Shown here piece by piece: positions 1 through 10,705 of a stretch of 64,000 nt of DNA. A program made the translations under genes and the position numbers. Positions within the stretch are counted from its first letter, which is position 1. Every line of letters starts with the position of its first letter. The stretch is from NCBI GenBank assembly GCA_964561085.1, contig CAZLNP010000001.1, forward strand, positions 10,213 through 74,212, read 5' to 3'. Under the pieces are notes generated by a model. That model had not been told where the DNA came from, did not search any database, and saw nothing but the letters and a program-made list of their open reading frames with translations. Source of the stretch: an uncultured Candidatus Saccharibacteria bacterium. Its GTDB lineage: Bacteria > Patescibacteriota > Doudnabacteria > UBA920.

Positions 1-8
1 CCCACCCC

Positions 9-1403
9 ATGTCCGCGGCAATTATTCTTGGGCAAATTTTTCCTGACGCAACCGCCATTACAGCGACCATTCTTCATGACATCACAGAAGATACCGACAC
101 AACAGACACAAATTTAAAAGAAGAGTTCAGCGAAGAAATTGCTGCGCTCGTAGATGGAGTAACTAAACTAGGCCACGTTCGCTTACGCAACAGCACAGAT
201 GAATACTACGTAGAAAATTTGCGCAAAATGTTTATTGCAACTAGCAAAGACATTCGCGTGATGCTAATTAAACTCGCTGACCGATTGCACAACATGAGAA
301 CAATTGGCGCTCTCTCCCCCGAGAAGCAAACCAAAATCGCCAGTGAGACTTTAGAAATGTATGCGCCCATCGCTGGGCGCCTCGGTATTGGTGCATGGAA
401 AGACGAACTCGAAGATCTATCTTTCAAGATTGTTGATCCAGAGAACTACGAAAAAACTGAACACCTTTTACAAGAACGTTTAGAAGAGCGTCAAAAAGGT
501 ACTAAAGAAATGCAAAAAGAGCTGGCTACAATTTTGCGCGTGGAAGGAATTAAGTTCAGAGATATTTCCGGTCGCATCAAGCGCATTTATTCTCTGTTTA
601 AAAAATTGGATCGCTACGACGGTGACATCACTAAAATCCACGACAAGATTGCCCTGCGCATCATTACTAAATCGACTGCGGATTGTTACGCTGCCTTAGG
701 CGCTATTCATAAACACTTTAGTCCGATGCCAGGCCGTGTAAAAGATTTTATCGCCATGCCAAAACCAAATGGCTACGAAAGTTTACACACCACTGTATTC
801 GATAGCGAAGGGCGTGCTTTTGAAGTGCAAATCCGCACAGATCTTATGCACGAAACTGCAGAACGCGGAATTGCCGCCCATTGGTTCTATGAAGAAACTG
901 GCAAAGATGATAGCGCCACTCCCCGACCGAACAAAGGTCCAAGCTGGTTCAAAGAGCTTCATGCTTGGCAGGAAGAGATGGCATCGCATCCAGAGGAGTT
1001 CTTAGAAGGTTTAAAAATTGATTTCTTCAAAGATCGAATTTTTGTTCTTACTCCTAAAGGTGATGTAAAAGATTTGCCAGTGGGTGCTTCGGTAATTGAT
1101 TTTGCTTTTTCAGTTCACTCTGACTTAGGCTACCAAATGTTAGGCGCTAAAATTAACGGAAAGATGGGGAAAATTTCAGATGAGCTGCATCAGGGAGATG
1201 TAGTGGAAATTCTAAAAGCTAAAAACGCCGCAACTCCTTCCAGGGATTGGCTAGTTTCCGCTAAAACTAGTCATGCCCGCGCCTTAATTCGCAAATACTT
1301 AGCCGAGCATGATAAAGGCCTATTCCAGAGAGTAAGAGAATTAAAACTCCAAGATATTTCCTCTCGTCTACCTGGCCTCCCAACCTTCTTCCGGAAAAAA
1401 TAA
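9..1403 (+). CDS. rel: Bifunctional (p)ppGpp synthetase/hydrolase Rel/SpoT-type (HD hydrolase + RelA_SpoT synthetase + TGS domain; short form without ACT); 5' end runs off the window
   Basis: HD motif HDITEDT, RelA/SpoT synthetase region (YESLHTTV, EVQIRT), TGS region (IFVLTPKGDVKDLP); ORF is open to the window edge. Confidence 0.85.
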   Translation: MSAAIILGQIFPDATAITATILHDITEDTDTTDTNLKEEFSEEIAALVDGVTKLGHVRLRNSTDEYYVENLRKMFIATSKDIRVMLIKLADRLHNMRTIGALSPEKQTKIASETLEMYAPIAGRLGIGAWKDELEDLSFKIVDPENYEKTEHLLQERLEERQKGTKEMQKELATILRVEGIKFRDISGRIKRIYSLFKKLDRYDGDITKIHDKIALRIITKSTADCYAALGAIHKHFSPMPGRVKDFIAMPKPNGYESLHTTVFDSEGRAFEVQIRTDLMHETAERGIAAHWFYEETGKDDSATPRPNKGPSWFKELHAWQEEMASHPEEFLEGLKIDFFKDRIFVLTPKGDVKDLPVGASVIDFAFSVHSDLGYQMLGAKINGKMGKISDELHQGDVVEILKAKNAATPSRDWLVSAKTSHARALIRKYLAEHDKGLFQRVRELKLQDISSRLPGLPTFFRKK

Positions 1404-1407
1404 AAAA

Positions 1408-1430
1408 CCACCGCGCGCGGTGGTTTTTTA
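1408..1430. terminator. Bidirectional Rho-independent terminator between convergent rel and ndk
   Basis: GC-rich hairpin accaccgcgcgcggtggt flanked by an A-run and a T-run. Confidence 0.7.
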
Positions 1431-1445
1431 TATATAGCAAAATTT

Positions 1446-1949
1446 TTAAGCTAAAGTGTGTTTAGTGTATGTAGGATTATGATCTACAAGCTCATCTTCA
1501 TTAAACCAAACATCAATTTCAGTCTTCGCTTCTTCCACAGTAGCAGAACCGTGAATTAAGTTATAAAGCTTGCCACCTGGATTAGCGTTAGCATGCTTAA
1601 ATGAAACATGGGAGTAATCTCCACGAATTGTTCCAGGTGTAGCAGACTTTGGCTCAGTCTCGCCGATCATCTTACGAACTAATTCTACTGCTTCGATTCC
1701 TTCTAGGACAATTGCCACAACTGGGCCAGATGCAAGCATCTGAATCATGCTGTTGCGGATTGCTTCACCACGGCGCACGGCTAAGTCTTCTGTATAGTGC
1801 TTACCGGCTGCTTCTTCTGTTGGTTGCATAAGCTTCATTCCAACAATTTTTAATCCTACGCGCTCGAAGCGTTGCAAGATCTCTCCTACTAGACCACGTT
1901 CTAAAGTATCTGGTTTTAGTAAGACTAAACTTTGTTCTGTTGTATCCAT
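1446..1949 (-). CDS. ndk: Nucleoside diphosphate kinase
   Basis: LLKPDTLERGLVGEIL and active-site NLIHGSA motif. Confidence 0.9.
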   Translation of the reverse strand: MDTTEQSLVLLKPDTLERGLVGEILQRFERVGLKIVGMKLMQPTEEAAGKHYTEDLAVRRGEAIRNSMIQMLASGPVVAIVLEGIEAVELVRKMIGETEPKSATPGTIRGDYSHVSFKHANANPGGKLYNLIHGSATVEEAKTEIDVWFNEDELVDHNPTYTKHTLA

Positions 1950-1973
1950 ATGTTCTTGCTTAGATTTGATTAA

Positions 1974-2705
1974 TTATTTATCAGAAACTACTGCTTTTGT
2001 AATTGTCACAGTATTTTTAGGTTTTCCACTTTGATCACCAGTCAAACCGATCTTGTCTACCACATCTTGACCTTCAACAACTTTACCAAAGATTGTGTAA
2101 AGTTTTCCTAAAGATTGGTTCAAGTCTGCCAAAGTAAAGAAGAATTGGCTACCGTTTGTATTTGGTCCGCTGTTAGCCATGGCAACAACACCCTTAACAT
2201 AACCTGTTTTAAAGCTAGGCGCATCAGGATTTAGTTCATCCTCAAACTTAGCTCCGAAAACACTTTCACCGCCAGCACCCGTACCTGTTGGATCACCACC
2301 CTGAACAACGAAGCCTGGGATAATTCTGTGGAAAGTTAGACAGTCATAGTAACCGCTTGCGGAAAGACGTAAGAAGTTTTCTACTGTCTTTGGAGCATCT
2401 TGATCAAATAACTGGATTTTTACATCACCGAATCCTTCAATGGACATAGTGACAAACTTATTCTTGATATCAATTTTTTCTTGCATAACTTTATTATTAA
2501 CTGTTCGAGTACACGGTGCGGAAGTTGTATTTTCCGACTGAGCTGTTTCTGATTTAGTATTATTGTCTTCTGCTGGATCTTGAGAATCTGTAACTTCGTT
2601 GCTGTTTTTGGTTTCATTACCGTTGCGACTAGAAAGGAAAAAAATAGCTCCGATTCCAACCACTACGACTACACCAATCAGCAAATATATTTGCCATGTT
2701 TTCAT
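1974..2705 (-). CDS. Peptidyl-prolyl cis-trans isomerase, cyclophilin type, with N-terminal membrane anchor and low-complexity linker
   Basis: FHRIIPGFVVQGGDPTGTGAGG cyclophilin signature; N-terminal TM helix. Confidence 0.85.
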   Translation of the reverse strand: MKTWQIYLLIGVVVVVGIGAIFFLSSRNGNETKNSNEVTDSQDPAEDNNTKSETAQSENTTSAPCTRTVNNKVMQEKIDIKNKFVTMSIEGFGDVKIQLFDQDAPKTVENFLRLSASGYYDCLTFHRIIPGFVVQGGDPTGTGAGGESVFGAKFEDELNPDAPSFKTGYVKGVVAMANSGPNTNGSQFFFTLADLNQSLGKLYTIFGKVVEGQDVVDKIGLTGDQSGKPKNTVTITKAVVSDK

Positions 2706-4159
2706 AGAGTATTTGTAATTATTTTTTCAAGTTTACCATATTTCGCCTGTTTTTGCAATCGACTATGTCTGCTATAAATATATAGTATTAAGACTGAATA
2801 ATAAATGAAGATTAACCATGGCGGCGCTATCACTTCCACGCTCGCATAAGGAACTAGCGCAAGCTTTTCGGTAATAAATAAAATTGCAGAAGTGATGAGT
2901 TGCGCGGGCATAACGAACACTCCCCCAATCACTGGCAAGAGCGCCAAAGCTCCGAACAACATAATCCAAGTCACAAATGGAAGCACTAGCAAGTTTGCGA
3001 GCGGGGCGATTACGCTAAAAGTATGGAAATGCAAAATGATGATAGGTGCAGTGAGAATAATTGCACCGAGCGTGGGTCTAAGCATATCGACAAGAAATGA
3101 ATCCTCTTTTTCTGGATGCTTGAGGTTAAAGGCCATTAGTACCCCAAAAGTTGCAGCGGCACTAAGTTGAAATCCAACATCCCAAACAACTATTCGAGGA
3201 TTAATAAGTATCATGATTACAGAAACTAAAAGCAGTGCATACAAACTGGCGTATTGCCTGCCCATTAACTGAGCAACCACCATAACTATAGCCATGATAC
3301 CGGCGCGCACCACCGCAGCCGTCGCCCCTGTTACCACCACAAACCCAATCACGATCAATATCGTCAGAATATTTGTGGCGCGCCTGCCTATGTACCACAC
3401 AAGCGCACCGCAAGCCGTCGCGATTATAGTCATGTTAAACCCTGACACAGCCACAATATGCGTCAGTCCTGTGATCTTAAAAGCTTGCTGAACTTCATCG
3501 GGAATATTTTGCTTCTGACCAATGAGCATACCAATAATTAATCCACCCTCTCGTTCAGGAAAAACTTTTCCTTGCTTTAGTACGAAGTTACGCACCGCTA
3601 ATAACGGCGTTCGCCAATTCCACTCCGCGCGCTTGAGAACAATCACACGAGGCTTCTTTAGTTGTGCGTAAACTTGCCAGCGCTGCAAATACCCAATGTA
3701 ATCAAAATCACTAAAATTTTCTGGTAATTCTAACTGACCACGAATCCAAACTCTATCCCCTTTCTTCAAACCTGGAATTGGTGTATACAAAGATCCGCGA
3801 ATGAATTGTGAATAGCCGTCTGGTAGCAAAGTGACCTGCATGTTACGACCACTCATGACCGGATCCATAGCAACAATTCCTTCTGTATTTATGTTTTCCC
3901 CTAAAAACTCTTGATACTCATTTTCAGAAAAAGATTTCCCAACATACAAATATCCAAAAACCAAACCCGCAATGATGCACATTATACTTAGCCCAACTAC
4001 TCGCGCGTTCTTCCTGGGTAAAGCCATAATTCCCATAGACAAAACTGCACCGCCTTGGAAAACGGTCCAAACTAGTGACGATGGAATATTATATAGTGAG
4101 CCTATTGCTACACCAACAATAAAACTGCAAAGCAAGATAGAAATAAAACGAGGCGCCAT
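2702..4159 (-). CDS. comEC: ComEC/Rec2-family DNA internalisation channel (competence domain only, no metallo-beta-lactamase domain)
   Basis: Multi-TM protein with a Competence-domain-like core (GLTHIVAVSGFNMTII); start codon lies inside the hisS terminator hairpin. Confidence 0.75.
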   Translation of the reverse strand: MAPRFISILLCSFIVGVAIGSLYNIPSSLVWTVFQGGAVLSMGIMALPRKNARVVGLSIMCIIAGLVFGYLYVGKSFSENEYQEFLGENINTEGIVAMDPVMSGRNMQVTLLPDGYSQFIRGSLYTPIPGLKKGDRVWIRGQLELPENFSDFDYIGYLQRWQVYAQLKKPRVIVLKRAEWNWRTPLLAVRNFVLKQGKVFPEREGGLIIGMLIGQKQNIPDEVQQAFKITGLTHIVAVSGFNMTIIATACGALVWYIGRRATNILTILIVIGFVVVTGATAAVVRAGIMAIVMVVAQLMGRQYASLYALLLVSVIMILINPRIVVWDVGFQLSAAATFGVLMAFNLKHPEKEDSFLVDMLRPTLGAIILTAPIIILHFHTFSVIAPLANLLVLPFVTWIMLFGALALLPVIGGVFVMPAQLITSAILFITEKLALVPYASVEVIAPPWLIFIYYSVLILYIYSRHSRLQKQAKYGKLEKIITNTL

Positions 4160-4180
4160 GCTTAAAGCATAGGCGCCTCG
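4149..4180 (-). terminator. Hairpin terminator downstream of hisS (minus strand), overlapping the annotated comEC start
   Basis: cgaggcgcc...ggcgcctcg stem followed on the minus strand by a T-run. Confidence 0.5.
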
Positions 4181-4200
4181 TGATCAAGTTTAGATAAAGA

Positions 4201-5442
4201 CTATTTCAACTTCTCTGCTAACTCAGCGGTAAATATAGTTTCTTGCTCACGCTTAGCTAAATCTTTGAGTTGAACTGTTTCGGCTTTAACTTCTGTTTCA
4301 CCCATTATAATTGCATATGGAATACTACGACTCTCCGCGTACTTGAATTGCTTATCTAACTTTGCAGCTGAATAATACAGCTCTACGTTAATCCCTTGCG
4401 CACGTAAATCCGTTGCGAGCTTCAAGTAATTTTCCATCAAACTTTCATTTTGATTCAGAATCAAAGCACGGATTGGTTGAGCAAAATTCATTTCACCCAT
4501 ATCTTTTAGTGCATCTATTAGACGATCAACACCGATACTTCCACCGACAGCCGGAAGACTTTGACTAGAGAACTGATCTACTAAGCCATCATAACGACCC
4601 CCACTACAAATACTGCCAAATTCTGGCTTATCTTTAAGGTAAATTTCGAAGACGGTGCCCGTGTAATAATCTAGACCGCGCGCGATGGTTGGATCAAATT
4701 CCACATCGCCTTTTAGACCATACGCTTCAATCATTTTCATGATCTTCACAGTAGATTCAGGAGCTGTAATAAATTTTGGATCAGCCAAACTTTTTGCTCT
4801 TACGATTTCTTCTTCAGGAACTCCCTGAGCTTCCATCTCCGCAACAATTCCATCTACACCAATTTTATCTATTTTATCTATCGCGCGGATAGCTGCGACC
4901 GAGAAATCTTTCAGTATCTCGCGATCGTTTAATCTCACTCTATAATTAGTAACGCCAACAGCTTCAAGCGCCTTACACAAACAAGCAATTACTTCTGAAT
5001 CAGCGACTAGTGAATCTGTACCAACAGCATCTACATCACACTGATAGAACTCACGCAGTCTTCCCTTTTGAGGATTATCCGCACGCCACACTGGTGCAAT
5101 TTGATAACGCTTAAATGGAAAGGTTAACTGACCTTGATTCTGAGCAACATATCGTGCCAAAGGCACGGTTAAGTCATAACGCATAGCGACGTCACGGTCG
5201 CCTTTATCTTTAAATGAATAGACCAACTTTTCATCTTCGCCGTACTTACCCATCAAAATTTCTTTGTACTCCAACACTGGTGTAGACAACGGCAAAAAAC
5301 CAAACCGTTCAAAAACGCTTTGGATACTAGAAAACATTTGCTGACGAGCAAGTTGCTCAGCGGGACCGAAATCTCGGAATCCCTTCAGCAGACGAGGTTC
5401 TATCTTATTCTCTTTTTCTGATTTATCATTTAGATCTGACAT
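4201..5442 (-). CDS. hisS: Histidine--tRNA ligase
   Basis: Class II aaRS motifs including GGRYDGL and AVGGSIGVDRL, C-terminal anticodon-binding domain. Confidence 0.9.
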   Translation of the reverse strand: MSDLNDKSEKENKIEPRLLKGFRDFGPAEQLARQQMFSSIQSVFERFGFLPLSTPVLEYKEILMGKYGEDEKLVYSFKDKGDRDVAMRYDLTVPLARYVAQNQGQLTFPFKRYQIAPVWRADNPQKGRLREFYQCDVDAVGTDSLVADSEVIACLCKALEAVGVTNYRVRLNDREILKDFSVAAIRAIDKIDKIGVDGIVAEMEAQGVPEEEIVRAKSLADPKFITAPESTVKIMKMIEAYGLKGDVEFDPTIARGLDYYTGTVFEIYLKDKPEFGSICSGGRYDGLVDQFSSQSLPAVGGSIGVDRLIDALKDMGEMNFAQPIRALILNQNESLMENYLKLATDLRAQGINVELYYSAAKLDKQFKYAESRSIPYAIIMGETEVKAETVQLKDLAKREQETIFTAELAEKLK

Positions 5443-5469
5443 AAAATGATTATACCAATTTTAATTGGC

Positions 5470-5688
5470 TTATGCTAACTTAAATACTTTAATCTTGCTA
5501 GCCGCTCCTCTTCTAATGCTTAGGTGAGATTTAGCGACCCCTAAATGATTTGCCAATGCTTTGGTTATGGCAGTGTTGGCTTTCCCGTCTGATGCTATCT
5601 CTGTGACATATATATCAAAAACACCCGGGCCTTTTTGGAGGATCCGGGGTTTCTTACTCTTAGGATGTGCATGCACAGTAATTTCCAT
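5470..5688 (-). CDS. DUF167 (YggU-like) protein
   Basis: 72-aa protein with YggU/DUF167-like sequence pattern. Confidence 0.6.
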   Translation of the reverse strand: MEITVHAHPKSKKPRILQKGPGVFDIYVTEIASDGKANTAITKALANHLGVAKSHLSIRRGAASKIKVFKLA

Positions 5689-6059
5689 TATTTACTGCTT
5701 CTCCACAAAATGAATTTTAGGGCAGTGCTAATCTTTGACTTCTTTAACTTCGCAGCCCGATGAACAGTTTCACCTTTCACTTTTCTTAAAATCTGATCAG
5801 TTTTTTGGAATTTAATATAGCCATGGATGGATAGCCAACCTCCTACGACAATGAAAACCCATCCTGTGATTTGGGTGAGTGTATCTGTATCAAAAAACTT
5901 GAGCAATGTTGCCCCGGCCGCAATTAAAGTTAATGCTGTCCTAACATAAGACATAAATGATGTCTCATTCGTCATTATGGTTCTATCGACAGCTAAATAA
6001 TCACGAAGGATCATTCTCTCATGATCATGTTCGTAAGGAATGTATGGGTCTTCTGACAT
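5688..6059 (-). CDS. DUF202 (YidH-like) membrane protein
   Basis: RDYLAVDRT...YVRTALTL motif followed by 2-3 TM helices. Confidence 0.6.
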   Translation of the reverse strand: MSEDPYIPYEHDHERMILRDYLAVDRTIMTNETSFMSYVRTALTLIAAGATLLKFFDTDTLTQITGWVFIVVGGWLSIHGYIKFQKTDQILRKVKGETVHRAAKLKKSKISTALKFILWRSSK

Positions 6060-6167
6060 TGATTTTTACTTATCCAGTACTTTTTGTTTCACTTGTGATC
6101 TAACTATATTAATTATAGCATAAATTTTTCACTTCCTCCAATTAGATCTGTTTAGTATACTTTAGTC

Positions 6168-7946
6168 ATGCGAAAATTTTTAGCACCAGGTGAAGAGATT
6201 AAAAATCTTTCTACCTGGCAATTGATCAAAGACATAGTCAAGCTAGTCGGCCCATACAAAGGTCGTTTTATTGTTGGGAGTCTACTTAGATTAACCAGCG
6301 ATGCAGGCAACCTTTACTCTACTTATGCCATTGCTACAATGGTAACGATCTTTAGTCGGGGCAATATTGAAGACAGCGCTCAGCAAATTTGGTTATTGTT
6401 ATTCTTCTGGGCAATAGCTATAACCTATAAATTGTTTAGTAAGCATTTTGCCAAAGTTATTCTGTTTGGGATAGCACGGCAGATTCAGGTTAATGTGGAA
6501 TCAAATGCAATAAAGCATATGTTCCAGCTCGATATAGCTTGGCACGAAAAGGAAAATACTGGGAATAAACATCAGAGAATAAAAAATGCTTCCATTGGTT
6601 ATGCTCAAATTTTGTTAATGTGGGCAAATAACCTTGTCGCTATTGTAGTAGAATTTGTAGGTATAATTGTAATTATCTATCAATTCAATAGACCAATTGC
6701 TATTGCCATGGCAATATTCCTAATTGCTTTCTCAGTTGTCTCAAAATTTATGCGTAGTAAAGTTGGGCTAGCTTCCAATCAGACCAACATACGAGGCGAA
6801 GAAATCTCTGGATTGCAATTTGAAGCCATATCGAATATTCGCACAGTCAAGATTATGTCTATGATCAAAACCATATCGGAGACTTTAGATTTCCGCGCTG
6901 GTAGATTATTTGAGGCAATGAAGAAGCTTATCTTTTGGTCACAAAATAGAAACACAGTTGAAGCCATTACAAGCCAGGCATTCAAAACGGGTATAATGAT
7001 TTACATCATTGCCGGAATTATTAACGGCCGATTAGAAGCTGGTCTATTAATTCTATTCTATAACTACTTCAACACTCTATGGGGCGCAGTAGAAGAACTT
7101 GCCAATGTTAGTCAAGATATTCTTGTGGCACGTTTTAGCATTTCTCGTCTTAAAGAAATAATGAATGAACCAGTAACTATTGATGATGAAACTGGCAAAC
7201 TTGAGTTCCCAATTAAATGGGGAAAAATCGAACTTAAAAATGTCTCCTTTAAGTATGGTCAAAATGAAGTTTTAAAAAATATTAGCTTCACTATTAATAG
7301 AGGTGAAAAGATTGGAATTATCGGATTATCGGGTGCGGGAAAATCCACGTTATTCAAACTACTCCTAAAAGAATATGAGAACTTTGAAGGAGAAATTTTA
7401 ATTGATGATACCCCTATTCAACAGATCAGCAAGATTGATTACTTTAATCATACAGCTGTGGTATTACAAGAAACTGAAGTATTCAACTTCTCTTTACGAG
7501 AGAATATATATTTAGCAGGCCCTGGTACTGCAAACAAAGAAGTCGAACTTCAAAAGGCTTTAGAAGTAGCTCACGTCACCGATTTCTTGCAAAAGCTCCC
7601 TGACGGTGTTGATACCCCAATCGGTGAAAAAGGTGTACGCCTTTCAGGTGGAGAGAAACAACGTGTAGGCATTGCCAGAGCAGTATTTAAACAGCCCCAA
7701 CTCCTTCTCCTTGACGAAGCTACTTCCCATTTGGACCTAGAGTCTGAAGAAAAAATCCAAGATTCTTTACATAAGTTCTTTAACACCGTGACTGCAGTCG
7801 TAATCGCTCATCGACTTACAACTATTAAAGAAATGGATAAGATTATTGTCATAGAAGACGGTGAAATCCTTGAATCTGGAAACTTTGCAGATCTAACTGC
7901 CAAGCGTGGCCGTTTCTTTGAGCTGTGGGAGAAACAAAGACTTTAG
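6168..7946 (+). CDS. ABC exporter, fused permease + ATP-binding domain (MsbA/multidrug-like)
   Basis: N-terminal 6-TM domain; C-terminal NBD with Walker A GLSGAGKST, ABC signature LSGGEKQR, Walker B LLLLDEATS. Confidence 0.85.
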   Translation: MRKFLAPGEEIKNLSTWQLIKDIVKLVGPYKGRFIVGSLLRLTSDAGNLYSTYAIATMVTIFSRGNIEDSAQQIWLLLFFWAIAITYKLFSKHFAKVILFGIARQIQVNVESNAIKHMFQLDIAWHEKENTGNKHQRIKNASIGYAQILLMWANNLVAIVVEFVGIIVIIYQFNRPIAIAMAIFLIAFSVVSKFMRSKVGLASNQTNIRGEEISGLQFEAISNIRTVKIMSMIKTISETLDFRAGRLFEAMKKLIFWSQNRNTVEAITSQAFKTGIMIYIIAGIINGRLEAGLLILFYNYFNTLWGAVEELANVSQDILVARFSISRLKEIMNEPVTIDDETGKLEFPIKWGKIELKNVSFKYGQNEVLKNISFTINRGEKIGIIGLSGAGKSTLFKLLLKEYENFEGEILIDDTPIQQISKIDYFNHTAVVLQETEVFNFSLRENIYLAGPGTANKEVELQKALEVAHVTDFLQKLPDGVDTPIGEKGVRLSGGEKQRVGIARAVFKQPQLLLLDEATSHLDLESEEKIQDSLHKFFNTVTAVVIAHRLTTIKEMDKIIVIEDGEILESGNFADLTAKRGRFFELWEKQRL

Positions 7947-7960
7947 AAAATAGCCAAAAC

Positions 7961-8052
7961 AAAAAACCTTCCTGCTATATTTGAACGATTGTCGAGCCGA
8001 GGCACGGGATGCCAAAGGCGAGACTCAGTGAAAATATAGCAGGAAGGTTTTT
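7961..8052. terminator. Long hairpin (perfect 17-bp stem, 50-nt structured loop) between convergent ABC exporter and ftsZ
   Basis: aaccttcctgctatatt (7966-7982) pairs perfectly with aatatagcaggaaggtt (8033-8049); A-run before and T-run after. Confidence 0.55.
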
Positions 8053-8062
8053 AAATTTGTAG

Positions 8063-9301
8063 TTATTTCATTTTCTTGCGAATGAACGCAGGGATATCTA
8101 GTTCATCATCAGGATCTTCATCGGAAGATTGCATTGGCACAGGATCAGCCGGCTTAGGGCTAAACAATGGCTTGCGCACTTCTGGACGAGGAATTTCTGG
8201 ACGGGACTCTTCAACATCAGGAGACTGGAAAGCAGACATACTAGACAACGGTGGAGTCTGAGCAGGAGCGTTAGTAATTAACGGCTTCATTGGCTCATCG
8301 TTTACAGGGGCAAAGTTCAACGCAGATGGACGACGATTGTGTTCATCGAATCCAGTAGCGATAACAGTGATGCGAATCTCATCGCCCATTGTTTCATCAA
8401 TAACAGTACCGAATTTAACGCGAGCATCAGGATCAACATTTTTAGTAATAACGCGAGCAGCTTCATCAATTTCAAACATTCCAAGATCAGAGCCACCAGT
8501 AATGTTGAACAGTACGCCTTGAGCACCATCAATAGTCATATCAAGCAATGGAGAGTTCACAGCAGCCTTAGCAGCGATCTCAGCACGACCTTCACCAGAA
8601 GCTCGTCCAATACCCATCATGGCTGTACCAGCGTCTTGCATAATAGTGCGAATGTCAGCAAAGTCAGCGTTAACCACACCGTGGGTAGTAATCAAGTCGG
8701 AGATGCCAGCGATACCTTGGCGAAGCACTTCATCAACAGTTTTGAATGCATCAATTAGAGAAGTCTTCTTGTCGATGATTTGTAAGATACGATCGTTCTG
8801 TACAGAAATAATTGCGTCTACTTTATCTTTCAAATTTTCATAACCAGCCTCAGCAATTTCTTTACGCTTGCTTCCTTCAAAAGTGAAAGGCTTCGTGACA
8901 ACAGCGATTGTTAAGATGTCGCGGTTCTTTGCTAGTTCAGCAACAATTGGTGCTGCACCAGTTCCAGTTCCTCCACCAAGACCACAAGTGATGAACACCA
9001 TGTCTGCATTTGAGATAACTTCTTCAATTTCTTCTTGTGATTCTTCTGCGGCTTGACGGCCAAGTTCAGGATTCATTCCAGAACCAAGTCCCTTGGTAAT
9101 AGATTTACCAATGTGAACTTTTTTGTCAGCCATGTTATTGTGCAAGGCTTGTGCATCTGTGTTAACAGAAATAAATTCTACGCCGCGGATTCCTAGCTCA
9201 GCCATACGAGCTACGGCAGTTGTACCGGATCCACCGATACCCATAACTTTAATGCGAGCGAATGTTTCAATTTTTGGTTTAACTTCCATAGTCTTTTTCA
9301 T
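8063..9301 (-). CDS. ftsZ: Cell division GTPase FtsZ
   Basis: Tubulin signature GGGTGTGAAP; C-terminal Pro-rich tail. Confidence 0.95.
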   Translation of the reverse strand: MKKTMEVKPKIETFARIKVMGIGGSGTTAVARMAELGIRGVEFISVNTDAQALHNNMADKKVHIGKSITKGLGSGMNPELGRQAAEESQEEIEEVISNADMVFITCGLGGGTGTGAAPIVAELAKNRDILTIAVVTKPFTFEGSKRKEIAEAGYENLKDKVDAIISVQNDRILQIIDKKTSLIDAFKTVDEVLRQGIAGISDLITTHGVVNADFADIRTIMQDAGTAMMGIGRASGEGRAEIAAKAAVNSPLLDMTIDGAQGVLFNITGGSDLGMFEIDEAARVITKNVDPDARVKFGTVIDETMGDEIRITVIATGFDEHNRRPSALNFAPVNDEPMKPLITNAPAQTPPLSSMSAFQSPDVEESRPEIPRPEVRKPLFSPKPADPVPMQSSDEDPDDELDIPAFIRKKMK

Positions 9302-9457
9302 GCTATTTCATATTCTATATTAAAGAAAAAAACGCAAAATAACAACTTAAATAGAGGGGTGTCTGCTTCAATTGTTGTTTTGCGTTTTATTTTACTATTA
9401 GCTTTTTACCCTAAAGGGATACTTAGCTCTTATTTTGCCCAGACGGTGGTTTTTGGC

Positions 9458-10705
9458 CTATGGCATAATGGTCTTGAACCATTTCTTCAATTTTACCACA
9501 TTTTCACTTTCCAACAAACCCTTAAATGGCTTACTGAAACTAAAGTCAGAAAAGCTTCCTGTGAAGTTGCTGCCCCACAAAGATAGCCCAACTACTGTGG
9601 CAAATGATGGATCTACAACTTGATCAATAATTGTATCTGTTTCGCTAGGCACACCAATACTAACAGGCAAACGCAAATAGTGTTTTGCGAATTCTACTGT
9701 ACCAGGAAGCACCGCTCCCCCACCAGTTAGAACAATTCCTGCTGGTAGTTTGCCATCACGATCAATTCGTTTTAATTCTGCTGTGATACGATCAAAAATT
9801 TCTTCCAAACGAGCCTCGATCATTTCTGCAACAAGTTGCTGCGAAACACGAGTCTCTTCTTCAGGATCAATTTTCGACATATCAATTTCAGCAAGCTTGT
9901 CTACAAGTTGAGGGCTTGCTTGTCCATACAAAGTTTTAACTTTTTCTGCTGTGTCGATTGTACAGCGAAGTCCAATCGCAATGTCATTTGTAATGTGCAT
10001 TGAACCGATTGGAATAATTGCAGTGTGAAGTAGATTATTTTCTTCGTAGACAGCAATACTTGTTGTACCTGCACCCAAATCGATAAGAGCCACGCCAAGT
10101 TCTTTCTGGCGCTTGTTCAAAACAGACTGAGCTGCAGCTAATGGAGAAAGCACTAATTGATCTACTTCTAATCCAGCTTGAGTGATGGCTTTATTCAAGT
10201 TCTTTAGGAACGGCAAAGCACCGTGGATAATAATCGTCTCCACTTCCAAGCGAATACCAGTCATACCAATTGGATCTTTGATGCCAGATTGACCGTCTAG
10301 AGTAAAGGTTTTCGGGATAACATGAATAACTTCACGGTTTGGTGGAATAGAAACAGCTTGAGATGCATCGATAACGCGAATAACATCATTCTCAGAAATT
10401 TCACCGTCAGCTCTCGAAACAGCAATAACACCTTTAGAATCCATACAAGAAATATGGTTGCCGCCGACTGAAACATTTGCGTGCGCAACTGGGACTCCAG
10501 TCATGCGTTCAACCTTTTCTAGCACTGCGGAAATTGAAGAAACAGCCTCATCGATATCTACGATGACGCCTTTGCGCAACCCGTTTGCAGGTACACTAGC
10601 GGCTCCAATAATATTGATGCGTCCAGTCTCTTCTAGTTTACCTTGGACGACGCGGATACTATCTGTTCCTACGTCCAAGCCAACGATGTATTGTTCTTTA
10701 GGCAT
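9458..10705 (-). CDS. ftsA: Cell division protein FtsA
   Basis: Actin-like ATPase fold pattern, immediately upstream of ftsZ. Confidence 0.9.
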   Translation of the reverse strand: MPKEQYIVGLDVGTDSIRVVQGKLEETGRINIIGAASVPANGLRKGVIVDIDEAVSSISAVLEKVERMTGVPVAHANVSVGGNHISCMDSKGVIAVSRADGEISENDVIRVIDASQAVSIPPNREVIHVIPKTFTLDGQSGIKDPIGMTGIRLEVETIIIHGALPFLKNLNKAITQAGLEVDQLVLSPLAAAQSVLNKRQKELGVALIDLGAGTTSIAVYEENNLLHTAIIPIGSMHITNDIAIGLRCTIDTAEKVKTLYGQASPQLVDKLAEIDMSKIDPEEETRVSQQLVAEMIEARLEEIFDRITAELKRIDRDGKLPAGIVLTGGGAVLPGTVEFAKHYLRLPVSIGVPSETDTIIDQVVDPSFATVVGLSLWGSNFTGSFSDFSFSKPFKGLLESENVVKLKKWFKTIMP

